Below are positions 25,839-34,363 of a stretch of 64,000 nucleotides of DNA, piece by piece. Under the pieces are notes generated by a model. It did not search any database, was not told where the DNA came from, and saw nothing but the letters and a program-made list of their open reading frames with translations. The stretch's first letter is position 1. Every line of letters starts with the position of its first letter. Origin of the DNA: Patescibacteria group bacterium (lineage in GTDB: Bacteria; Patescibacteriota; Microgenomatia; UBA10105; UBA927); NCBI GenBank assembly GCA_038062895.1, contig JBBTWJ010000005.1:131715-195714 (forward strand), written 5' to 3'. The translations under genes were made by a program, and so were the position numbers.

Positions 25839-27734
25839 ATGGCAGAATTTGCCCTTGGTGGAGACAACGGCGGACACAGTTGGAATAATGCCATCGCCCA
25901 CGCGACGTACGAGGAGAACGTGGAAAAGTTTGGCGCAGATACAGCAAGGAATTATTTACGGAAGGACATCCGTAGCTTCATACAGGAACAAAAAGGACAG
26001 GAAAGCCAATGGTCGCTTACTGTGCAGGGCGGCCGGATGGTAACGGAGACGGGGGTAAGCCTGGACGAAATGACCGCGAATATTACCCAGGGGCGATATA
26101 GCAATCTCGTGCCGGAGAACATAAAAGCTACCGCACCTCTAGAGGCAGCGACACTCCGGGAAGCGACAAGGCTTGCAGTTGATGGTGCGGAAAAAATTAT
26201 TTTGCCGGAACAGCATTTGGACGCGGACGGCAATATCGTTTCCCGCTATCTTTCTGTTTGGACGAAGAATGCTTCTGACTCCACACGGTATGACGGATCA
26301 AGAATTGATTTGGGAAAAAATATACGGATCGAAGACGTGCGAACCGGCACGTCTTTTACTGCATTTGAACAACATGAAAGTATCTCTTTTCATCAACATA
26401 AAGATGAAAAACGAGCGTTCGTACTGGCGATTCATTCCAATTCAGAAGACTCGTTTCGAGTGGTGAAAGATTCCTTAGTGACAAAGGTGCACAGATCTCA
26501 TCAGGAAACCTATTCGATTCCCGTCGTGCGGGAAGGACGACAGAAACAAACAGATATCAAAGAGAACCGTCATGCTGATATGTTGACGGAGGTCCCCCGT
26601 GCTGTTTTTCGTGATGTTCGTGAAACGGCAGGGAGCGTATCGATCTTTTTACGGAATAAAAAGGAACAGATTAACTATGATAACGAGAGAAAGAGCGAAC
26701 GATTAACCCTCAAAAAAATCCGTGAGAAGCCAGTGCGGCTTGGTCACGTTATCGAAAAGCGACACATCGAAATGCGCCGCGCCGTAGTATCAATCGCCGT
26801 GATCGCCGAGACCGGAGTCGCCCTCCACGCGGTGCCGGTGTTGCTTGCGAGACTCTCTGAAACGTCGCCTGCGCCGATCCGGGCGGTCGAGAAGAGTATA
26901 CGAAGACACGAGAAAAAAGTACCCCACTTCGCTAAAGCTTCGCGGGGCAGGCGGGAGGTGCAAAAAACACGAGCGGTAAGAAGGAGTTTTGAAAAGGTTC
27001 AACCCTTGAAACCCTTGATGTCAGAAAGGATTGAACCTTTCAGAAGCGTTAAAGAACGTAGGAAGAGGGTGAAGCGCGGAGGGGAGAAGTGGATCAAAAC
27101 AGTTGCGGCCGCAGAGATATTGGCACCGATCGCCACAGAAAAGCGGGAGAGGCGAGTGTGGAAACGACTGCGACGGATCATGAGGAGAGCGGAGCGAGTT
27201 CTCGAGAGTAAGCGAATGCCAAAACGAGAGAAGAAGCTGTGGCGAGCGTTGGCCGTGACTGCCGCGAAATTAGCTTCGCAAGGCCAGGCCTTGCGAAGCT
27301 GGGAAGTAAAAAAGCGAAACGATATCACCCACAAGAGTCGAGACGTTCTGACATCGAAGCCAGCCCTCGAGGCCGGGAGTTTAGCAGGGCGCAAAGAACA
27401 GGCGGCAATGGCGGGAGTCCGTTTTGCGTTCGTGGTATGGGCGTTGCTGAACCGTGCTAATTTCCCTCCGGTCGAGAGTAAATTAGCAATATTTACTTCA
27501 AAAGAAGGAAGAAGAAGAATACGTGCCAAGCTAGTTCACCCGAAGGGTGAGAAGAAGGGTGAGGAAAAAGAGTTGACGCCGTGGGTATTGCTATCCATCA
27601 TTTGGTATATGACCGCGATACGCGAGCAGGGGAGAGGATCAAATCCGACCAATCCGGCCAATATACCAATCCGACCAATTAAAAAGGTTCTAACATTTCC
27701 GCAATATGCAGTCATTTTTGCGTATGCTTCGTGA
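25839..27734 (+). CDS. large hypothetical protein: acidic N-terminal half, extremely Arg/Lys-rich C-terminal half
   Basis: ATG 1 nt after the GNAT stop. No antisense competitor of note. Contains the 29-bp palindrome in-frame (KLASQGQALRS). Possible nucleic-acid-binding protein. Confidence 0.4.
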   Translation: MAEFALGGDNGGHSWNNAIAHATYEENVEKFGADTARNYLRKDIRSFIQEQKGQESQWSLTVQGGRMVTETGVSLDEMTANITQGRYSNLVPENIKATAPLEAATLREATRLAVDGAEKIILPEQHLDADGNIVSRYLSVWTKNASDSTRYDGSRIDLGKNIRIEDVRTGTSFTAFEQHESISFHQHKDEKRAFVLAIHSNSEDSFRVVKDSLVTKVHRSHQETYSIPVVREGRQKQTDIKENRHADMLTEVPRAVFRDVRETAGSVSIFLRNKKEQINYDNERKSERLTLKKIREKPVRLGHVIEKRHIEMRRAVVSIAVIAETGVALHAVPVLLARLSETSPAPIRAVEKSIRRHEKKVPHFAKASRGRREVQKTRAVRRSFEKVQPLKPLMSERIEPFRSVKERRKRVKRGGEKWIKTVAAAEILAPIATEKRERRVWKRLRRIMRRAERVLESKRMPKREKKLWRALAVTAAKLASQGQALRSWEVKKRNDITHKSRDVLTSKPALEAGSLAGRKEQAAMAGVRFAFVVWALLNRANFPPVESKLAIFTSKEGRRRIRAKLVHPKGEKKGEEKELTPWVLLSIIWYMTAIREQGRGSNPTNPANIPIRPIKKVLTFPQYAVIFAYAS

Positions 27735-27746
27735 TATGATAAATAT

Positions 27747-28172
27747 ATGGATGGCCTACCAACCCCGCCGATGGCGGGGAATAACCCAATAAATACCAAT
27801 AATCCAATAATCCAATCAGGAAATATTTCTGTTGGGAAGGAGTTGGAGTCAGGTGTGGTGGTGAAAGAAGAGCCGGGGCTCAAGGATGTATCGGGACAGG
27901 AAATAGAGCTACCCCGCGAAGTGGCGGCAGCCGGAGTGTCTAACCAACCGACGACGGTGCAACTCCCGCAGCCGGTCTCACAAATGGGGGTAAAAGTAGT
28001 CGGGGATGCAGTGGTGCCGGCAGCGCCGCCGGTGGCGCTTCCTTTGACTGATGATCAGATTGCATTGGGACTCAAACAAAGTGTAACCACCTCTTGGCGG
28101 TGGCTCGCAGAATTCTGCGTACGGAAATTGAAACAACTACACAAAACATTAGTCAAAAGTCCAAAAGTCTAA
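27747..28172 (+). CDS. hypothetical protein (Pro/Val-rich)
   Basis: 141-codon ORF between the basic protein and the ATPase. The N-terminus is encoded by the CCAATAATCCAAT repeat. Confidence 0.3.
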   Translation: MDGLPTPPMAGNNPINTNNPIIQSGNISVGKELESGVVVKEEPGLKDVSGQEIELPREVAAAGVSNQPTTVQLPQPVSQMGVKVVGDAVVPAAPPVALPLTDDQIALGLKQSVTTSWRWLAEFCVRKLKQLHKTLVKSPKV

Positions 28173-28200
28173 AGTCGATAAAGTCTAGAAAGTAAACACT

Positions 28201-30591
28201 TTGAGACTTTCAAACTTTACGGACTTTAAGACTCATTTTATGCCATTACAATTTGCCGATCTTACCTATCAGTTGGAAATATTTGCCGTAAGCCTCTTAT
28301 TATTGGTGGTGTTTTTGACGGGCCTCGTGATCCTGGGCTATATAGCATTTCTTTTTTGGAAGTACCGAAACCGTGAAGAGCGAAGCCTCGAGTATGTGCT
28401 CATGCAGATAGCGGTCCCGAGGGAAAACGAGACGAAGATTGATGCGGCAGAGCAGTTGTTTGCAAGTTTACATTCCATTTCTCATGGTGGATTTTGGTCC
28501 TTCCTCAAGCCCCAGGACCATATTTCTTTTGAAATAGTCGCCAAGCGTGAAGATATCCGATTCTACGTATGTGTGCCCCGGCGGCTCATGGATTATGTGG
28601 AGAAGCAAATACACGGAAGCTATAGCGGGGCAGACATCAAGGAGGTAGACGAATATTCTATATTCTCCCAGACCGGCAAGGTCGCATTTGCAGCGCTCAA
28701 ACTGAAAAGTTCTAACTACTTTCCAATGCGGATATATCGGGATTTGCCGGTGGATCCACTCTCTTCCATCACCTCGGTGTTGGCTAAAATGCAGGAAGGG
28801 GAGGGGGCTGCCGTACAAATCCTCATCCAACCGGCGGACAGTAAGTGGCGAAAACTCGGCCGGGGATACATATCGAAAGTAAAAAAAGATGAGGCCAATC
28901 CCGAAAAAGCGAACTTCAAAGTGGACCCCAAAAGTCTCGAGGCAATTGAAGGCAAAGTGAGTAAACCCGGATTTAACACAGTTGTCCGATTGGTCGTATC
29001 ATCGCCGAGCGAGGAATCGGCAAAACAGCATTTGGAAAATTTGATCGGATCCTTCGAGCAGTTTGCCAGTGATCATAATAATTTTACGAAAGTGAAGCTT
29101 CCCATGAAACAGCTCTTTATGGTGGACTTCATTTACCGGTATTTTCCGGTGATCAACCTGCCACTTCTCCCGCAGCACAGCGTGCTTTCTACAGACGAGC
29201 TGGCGACTATTTTTCATTTACCGAATAAATCTATCGAGACCGCACACATCTTTTGGCTCAACGCCAAGCGCGCACCGGCTCCGTCCCAGATACCATCCTC
29301 GGGATTATTTATGGGCATCTCGCGCTACCGAGGGCAGGACCGAAGAATATATATTGGCGAAGATGACCGAAGACGGCACATGTACATCATCGGCAAAACA
29401 GGAACGGGTAAATCACAACTCCTGGAGGAGATGGTCATGCAGGATATCCATGCCGGTCATGGACTGGCCGTCGTGGATCCCCACGGAGATCTGGTCGAGA
29501 ACATTCTCGCCCGTATGCCCCCCGGTAGGGCGGAGGACGTCATCTACTTTGATCCGGGAGACAGCGAGCGGCCGATTGGCTTGAATCTCTTGGAAGCCAA
29601 GACCGAACTGCAAAAACACTTTGTGGCAACGTCTATCGTCGGGCTCATGTATAAGCTCTTTGACCCTATGAAAACCGGTATCATCGGGCCCCGGTTTGAA
29701 CATGCGATCCGAAACGCCATGCTTACCGTCATGGAAGCCATCCCCAACGGCACCTTCATCGAGGTTGTCCAGACGCTGCAACGCCCGGACTTCGTGCAGT
29801 CACTTCTGCCACTCGTCAAAGATCCGATTGTACGGCGGTATTGGACGGATCAGATTGCCCAAACCGCGGACTTTCATAAATCGGAGGTCCTGGACTACAT
29901 CGTCTCGAAATTCGGGCGGTTCATCACCAACAAGCTCATCCGCAATATCATCGGACAATCCTATTCCAGTTTTGAATTCCGCAAAGTCATGGATGAGGGG
30001 AAGATACTCCTCGTCAATCTCGCAAAGGGGAAGCTGGGGGAGGAGAACAGCAATTTTCTGGGACTCATCCTTGTTCCCCGGATTTTGATTTCTGCTATGA
30101 GTCGGCAGGAAATACCGGAGGAGAAACGGCGGGACTTTTATCTGTACGTGGATGAGTTTCAAAATTTCGCGACCCCCGACTTTGCCCAGATCCTGTCCGA
30201 AGCCCGGAAATACCGTCTCAACCTCATCGTTGCCAACCAGTTCATCGGGCAGATGGAGGAGGAAGTGAAAAATGCGGTATTTGGAAACGTAGGTACCGTG
30301 GCTTCGTTCCGTATCGGTGTCACCGATGCCAACTACCTGCAGCATGAATTTCAGCCGACTTTCAATGAAAGTGATCTCATCAACATTGATCGCTTCAACG
30401 CGTACGTCAAAACGACCGTTCACAACGAGCCGGTCAAGCCGTTTAGCATGGATTTGACCAAAGACATGAGTAAGGTCACGGCGTCCAAAAATCCGGCTGT
30501 GGCCGCGGCCATTGTCCAGCTCTCGCGCCTCAAGTATGGCAGGAGCAAAGAGCTCGTGGAAGCCGAGATAGCCCAGAGAGCAAGACTATAA
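28201..30591 (+). CDS. membrane-anchored coupling-protein-like ATPase (VirD4/TraG/TraD/TrwB family, FtsK-HerA superfamily)
   Basis: N-terminal TM helices. Walker A 'IIGKTGTGKSQ' and Walker B 'FYLYVDEFQNFA'. About 800 aa, as for type IV coupling proteins. Confidence 0.6.
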   Translation: MRLSNFTDFKTHFMPLQFADLTYQLEIFAVSLLLLVVFLTGLVILGYIAFLFWKYRNREERSLEYVLMQIAVPRENETKIDAAEQLFASLHSISHGGFWSFLKPQDHISFEIVAKREDIRFYVCVPRRLMDYVEKQIHGSYSGADIKEVDEYSIFSQTGKVAFAALKLKSSNYFPMRIYRDLPVDPLSSITSVLAKMQEGEGAAVQILIQPADSKWRKLGRGYISKVKKDEANPEKANFKVDPKSLEAIEGKVSKPGFNTVVRLVVSSPSEESAKQHLENLIGSFEQFASDHNNFTKVKLPMKQLFMVDFIYRYFPVINLPLLPQHSVLSTDELATIFHLPNKSIETAHIFWLNAKRAPAPSQIPSSGLFMGISRYRGQDRRIYIGEDDRRRHMYIIGKTGTGKSQLLEEMVMQDIHAGHGLAVVDPHGDLVENILARMPPGRAEDVIYFDPGDSERPIGLNLLEAKTELQKHFVATSIVGLMYKLFDPMKTGIIGPRFEHAIRNAMLTVMEAIPNGTFIEVVQTLQRPDFVQSLLPLVKDPIVRRYWTDQIAQTADFHKSEVLDYIVSKFGRFITNKLIRNIIGQSYSSFEFRKVMDEGKILLVNLAKGKLGEENSNFLGLILVPRILISAMSRQEIPEEKRRDFYLYVDEFQNFATPDFAQILSEARKYRLNLIVANQFIGQMEEEVKNAVFGNVGTVASFRIGVTDANYLQHEFQPTFNESDLINIDRFNAYVKTTVHNEPVKPFSMDLTKDMSKVTASKNPAVAAAIVQLSRLKYGRSKELVEAEIAQRARL

Positions 30592-30889
30592 AAAAGTACG
30601 GGAAGTATGAAAGGTACGGGAAGTACGGGAGGGTAGAGCAGAAAATCCTATAGGCTTGACTTCTTCTTCTTCTTCTTCTTCTAAACTCCATTGATACGTA
30701 GGCCAATAAAGAGCGTCACAAAGCGATGTTTATTTTGTTGGTTTGCTATTTTTGTTGCTCATTGACAGGTTGCGGAAAACATTCAGTTGTCTTCTATTCA
30801 ATACAATGGATAGCATCTTTAGCATGATTATTCGTGCTTGAAATGCTATCCATAGGTATGGATAAATATAAAATAAAAGGAGAAAGAAA

Positions 30890-31396
30890 ATGTTAGAAGA
30901 TACGTGGTACCAATTATATGTAAAGTCTCCATTGGGAAACGGTTATACAACGCCCCAAGCAATGAAACGCATAGATGACTATCTCATCTCAAAAACCCCT
31001 GCGTCATTTGTTGCGCCAACAGGTCTGCCGGAACAAGGTGAGGACGGAACATGGGAAATTCGAGTGCATCAGCAATCAGCCCTTGTACTTGTTAAACGCA
31101 TTCTCACTGAGCATTATGGTTTAGAAATCGTCCGAGAAGTGGAGAATGCACCAAAGGTTGAGGGAGAGGCGCCGATGGACGATGACATTACAAAACGAGC
31201 CCTGACAATCGCCGAAATGGAAGATCACACGATTAACCCAGGTGCGATCAAGGTTCTTGGAAAGCTGTTTGCTAAGTATGGTGTGGGTGACATATCGAAG
31301 ATCGAACAATTGAAACTCACCTATATACAGGTGTGGGCACGTTACAAAACAGCTGGCTATGACATTTCGATTATGCATCAACAGCTATATAGTTGA
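30890..31396 (+). CDS. hypothetical protein
   Basis: ORF in an AT-rich segment with an AGGAGA RBS. No motif recognised. Confidence 0.35.
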   Translation: MLEDTWYQLYVKSPLGNGYTTPQAMKRIDDYLISKTPASFVAPTGLPEQGEDGTWEIRVHQQSALVLVKRILTEHYGLEIVREVENAPKVEGEAPMDDDITKRALTIAEMEDHTINPGAIKVLGKLFAKYGVGDISKIEQLKLTYIQVWARYKTAGYDISIMHQQLYS

Positions 31397-31506
31397 CCGC
31401 AACATTGAGACGCAAGACCCCCTCCGGAGTCAAATTTGTTCTGATGAATATCGGAATGATTTTGATGTTGATGGAGGGGTTTGTTTTGTAAGCACTGGTG
31501 TACGCG

Positions 31507-31629
31507 CTATGATCGTGATGATTTTTTCGAAGACGATTTCCGAAAAAATGCAACGTACATCAAGAGAAAGACGATGAGAAGCAGCGCATACATAACAGAG
31601 ATGTTGTTGGCGATTGTAGTAAAGTTCAT
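31507..31629 (-). CDS. small hydrophobic peptide (40 aa, one TM helix)
   Basis: GGAGGTG RBS upstream on the minus strand. Start overlaps the stop of the preceding small membrane ORF (ATGA). Confidence 0.25.
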   Translation of the reverse strand: MNFTTIANNISVMYALLLIVFLLMYVAFFRKSSSKKSSRS

Positions 31630-31829
31630 GATTGACCTTGCACCTCCTCTCGTAGACTTTTGGCAATAAACAGAGAAATAATGCCAAGAAAAAAACGAAA
31701 AAGCAGTTCCCACGGGGTTTTGAGTGTTCCTAGTTGCGGTTCGATAAATACGACGGCAAACCACCCTGCAGAGAGATTAACAAAAAGTTCTGAAACTATT
31801 TCAAACCATACGGTCGAGATAGTCATCAT
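31626..31829 (-). CDS. small membrane protein (67 aa, two TM helices)
   Basis: Hydrophobic ORF in the AT-rich intergenic segment, coupled to the 40-aa peptide ORF. Confidence 0.25.
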   Translation of the reverse strand: MMTISTVWFEIVSELFVNLSAGWFAVVFIEPQLGTLKTPWELLFRFFLGIISLFIAKSLREEVQGQS

Positions 31830-31915
31830 GATGCTACTGTATCAAGAAATTAGTGGAACTGCAACGTTAAACTGCAACGTAAAAATTATTTCACCCCTTT
31901 ACCCAGCACCACGCG

Positions 31916-33325
31916 ATGGCGCGGGGTTTACTTTTTATTGCAACTGCTATAGTGTTGTTTATCATGGGTGATGAAATTACCGTTTATATCGCCAACATGT
32001 CTGAGGACGTGTGGCCCTTCATATCCAGTATCTCCGACAAGAAGATGTTTGAGTTTGAGATAGAGGATAACGCACACCTGGGAGACCGCGACATATTTGC
32101 CGTCGCCCCCAATGGCGGGATCCTTTGTGTGTTGCCCCGGACAGTGAGCGAGGCGTATCTTGCCTACTACAGTCAGATCATGAATGTGACGAACGCCCGC
32201 GTGGTCGTGCCCCCGAAGCATACGGGGGAAATCTGTGAGGATATATTGCGTAGTGAAAAGACGTTAGACGCGTTGATCGAGGCCTCGGGCGAACATAAAT
32301 CATTGACACTTCTCTCTTACACGACATCCTTGCAGTTTTTGCAGCTGGTAAAAGTTTTGCGGGAGCGGGGAATAAAAGTAAATACTCCGGAAGCCCCGGA
32401 AGAGGAAGATGCATGGATTGTCAATTTTTTTGGCAGCAAATCGGGTATCCGGCAGTTTGTCCAGAAAAGCGGTGCGGTCGAACCGGATCTGCGGATGCCA
32501 GAGGGCCTGTTTTGCGTGGGGATCGATGACGCGGCGCGGATCGCTGCCAATAAATACGTTGCCCGCGATGGGGTCGTCATCAAAACCAATAAGGGACACT
32601 CGGGAAGCGGGGTGCTTATTTTCCGTCCCGGGGAACTGCCCAAGCAGTACAGTGTGTGCCGCGAAAAAATCCGGGAGACGTTATCAAAAGATGTGTATTG
32701 GGACCGGTTTCCGATCGTCATTGAGGACTATATTGCCGCTAACCCTGGTGTCGGGGGCGGGTTCCCCAATGTGGAGTTTAAAGTGCAGAAAAGCGGGAAA
32801 GTGGAATTCTTATACTACTGTGGGATGCGGGTGACCAAAGAAGGGTCATTCCGTGGCGTGGAGATACACCACAGCGTGGTTTCGGACAAGATAGAGGCGC
32901 AGATGGTGGATACGGGATTTTTTGTCGGTGAGCAGTATGCTAAGGCCGGGTACCACGGGTACTATGATGTGGACTTTGTGGCCGGCCGGGGAGGGGAGCT
33001 TTTTGTGACGGAATCCAACGTACGGCGTACGGGCGGGACGCACGTCTACGCTGTAGCCAACCGTCTGTTCGGAAAAGAGTTCATGTACGAGACGTATACG
33101 CTTTCGTGTAATACCTATCCGCTGCCGAAGGGGAAGAAGTTTACGTTTACTTCGTTGCTCGAAATATTGAAACCAGTTCTTTTTGATAAAAAGACGCGCG
33201 AAGGGGTCATATTAGTATCTGAAAATATGTTGGAGATGGGGCAGATGCAGTACATCATCTTCGGGGCTAATAAAAAGAGAGCGCTCGAGATTGAGGCGGA
33301 AATGGAGAGATTGTTAGTTGGTTAG
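31916..33325 (+). CDS. ATP-grasp family ligase with N-terminal extension
   Basis: 'VVIKTNKGHSGSGVLIF' and 'FVTESNVRRTGGTH' ATP-grasp motifs. Confidence 0.55.
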   Translation: MARGLLFIATAIVLFIMGDEITVYIANMSEDVWPFISSISDKKMFEFEIEDNAHLGDRDIFAVAPNGGILCVLPRTVSEAYLAYYSQIMNVTNARVVVPPKHTGEICEDILRSEKTLDALIEASGEHKSLTLLSYTTSLQFLQLVKVLRERGIKVNTPEAPEEEDAWIVNFFGSKSGIRQFVQKSGAVEPDLRMPEGLFCVGIDDAARIAANKYVARDGVVIKTNKGHSGSGVLIFRPGELPKQYSVCREKIRETLSKDVYWDRFPIVIEDYIAANPGVGGGFPNVEFKVQKSGKVEFLYYCGMRVTKEGSFRGVEIHHSVVSDKIEAQMVDTGFFVGEQYAKAGYHGYYDVDFVAGRGGELFVTESNVRRTGGTHVYAVANRLFGKEFMYETYTLSCNTYPLPKGKKFTFTSLLEILKPVLFDKKTREGVILVSENMLEMGQMQYIIFGANKKRALEIEAEMERLLVG

Positions 33326-33399
33326 TTCGTTACTTAGTTACTTCGTAAAAACAGTTTTTTGATATAATGCCTACGTTACGTATAGAAACGCCAAATAAC

Positions 33400-33471
33400 G
33401 GGGCTGTAGCTCAGCGGTAGAGCGCTACTCTTATAAAGTAGATGTCCTTGGTCCGATCCCAAGCAGCCCCA
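33400..33471 (+). tRNA. tRNA-Ile (anticodon UAU)
   Basis: Hand-folded cloverleaf with acceptor GGGGCTG/CAGCCCC, D stem GCTC/GAGC, anticodon stem CTACT/AGTAG, loop CTTATAA, T arm CTTGG-TCCGATC-CCAAG. CCA not encoded. Confidence 0.75.
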
Positions 33472-33480
33472 CCTGTTGGC

Positions 33481-33523
33481 AATTATCCAATTATCCAATT
33501 TCAAATAATCCAATAATCCAATG
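33481..33523. repeat. (TTATCCAA)n / (TAATCCAA)n 8-bp tandem repeat
   Basis: aattatccaattatccaatttcaaataatccaataatccaat. Same family as 27781, 54487, 63915 and the related 63283. Confidence 0.8.
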
Positions 33524-34078
33524 GGAGAAGAGGTCGTAGTATTAGTTGACGATGATGATCGTGAGATCGGATTAGCGCCGAAAGAAAGCGTTCATACCAC
33601 CAACACGCCGCTCCACCGTGGGTTCTCCTGCTTCCTGTTTAATTCCAAAAAAGAGCTGCTTCTGACAAAACGTGCCTCAACGAAAAAAACATTTCCGGGC
33701 GTGTGGACAAACACCGTCTGCGGGCACCCTGCACCGGGGGAGAGCGTGGAGGAGGCGGCCTTGAGGAGGCTCAATGATGAGTTGGGACTGACAAGGTTGA
33801 ACCTTGTCAAGAAACAAGGTTCAACCTTTTTACGAGAGATTACCCCCTATCGATATAGATTCACCGATGCTAATGGCATTGTCGAAAACGAGATTTGTCC
33901 GGTGCTCGTTGGGTACTGCGATACGGACCCTAAGCCGGATAAGACGGAAATAGAAGATTGGAGATGGGTACGATGGGAGGAGTTTTTGGAAGATATTAAG
34001 AAAAATCCAGAAATTTATTCCCCATGGAGTAGGGAAGAAAGTTACATTCTGGCCCATTCTTCAAGTATGTTTCTGTGA
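33521..34078 (+). CDS. idi: isopentenyl-diphosphate delta-isomerase, type 1
   Basis: 'HRGFSCFLFN...LLLTKRASTKKTFPGVWTNTVCGHP' matches the IDI-1 (Nudix-fold) signature with catalytic Cys and Glu. Confidence 0.85.
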   Translation: MGEEVVVLVDDDDREIGLAPKESVHTTNTPLHRGFSCFLFNSKKELLLTKRASTKKTFPGVWTNTVCGHPAPGESVEEAALRRLNDELGLTRLNLVKKQGSTFLREITPYRYRFTDANGIVENEICPVLVGYCDTDPKPDKTEIEDWRWVRWEEFLEDIKKNPEIYSPWSREESYILAHSSSMFL

Positions 34079-34353
34079 TTGCGAATAGTCTGTAGGGTAG
34101 AATTAAAAACTTCTACCATTTTTCCACTTGGTATTCCGAGAGCGAACTCCGAGAGCTCCAATCTATTTAGGACTTGAGTTCGGTCCCCAGCCGGAGTTGA
34201 GTTTAGAGTTTCATCGAGCAAGGTGATTAAATCATATTCACATCGGGGGAGGGTGGTTACTTCCGGTTTTCCTGGTTGTTTACCTGGGCGACAATCTTCA
34301 TTTGTACAGGGTTTGCCTGTAAATCGACAAAAAATCGGAGCATCTGGTGGCAT
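34042..34353 (-). CDS. hypothetical small protein
   Basis: 103-codon ORF between idi and the recombinase. Overlaps the idi end. Weak. Confidence 0.2.
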   Translation of the reverse strand: MPPDAPIFCRFTGKPCTNEDCRPGKQPGKPEVTTLPRCEYDLITLLDETLNSTPAGDRTQVLNRLELSEFALGIPSGKMVEVFNSTLQTIRNHRNILEEWARM

Positions 34354-34363
34354 ATAATGATTT

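Noticed and set aside
24956-25894. 312-codon minus-strand ORF spanning pduO, the riboswitch-like region and the GNAT gene
   Set aside because: It is antisense to two well-supported genes and to the structured leader. The translated product is low-complexity with no motif, so I treat it as a shadow ORF.
26999-27529. 176-codon minus-strand ORF inside the 632-aa basic protein gene
   Set aside because: It is the antisense shadow of an Arg-rich (CGN/AGR-rich) coding region, and such regions generate long antisense ORFs.
33481-33523. Possible CRISPR array signalled by the recurring short repeats
   Set aside because: The repeats are 8-9-bp tandem units with no unique spacers of 25-40 bp and no cas genes. 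They are microsatellite or DnaA-box-like arrays, not CRISPR.
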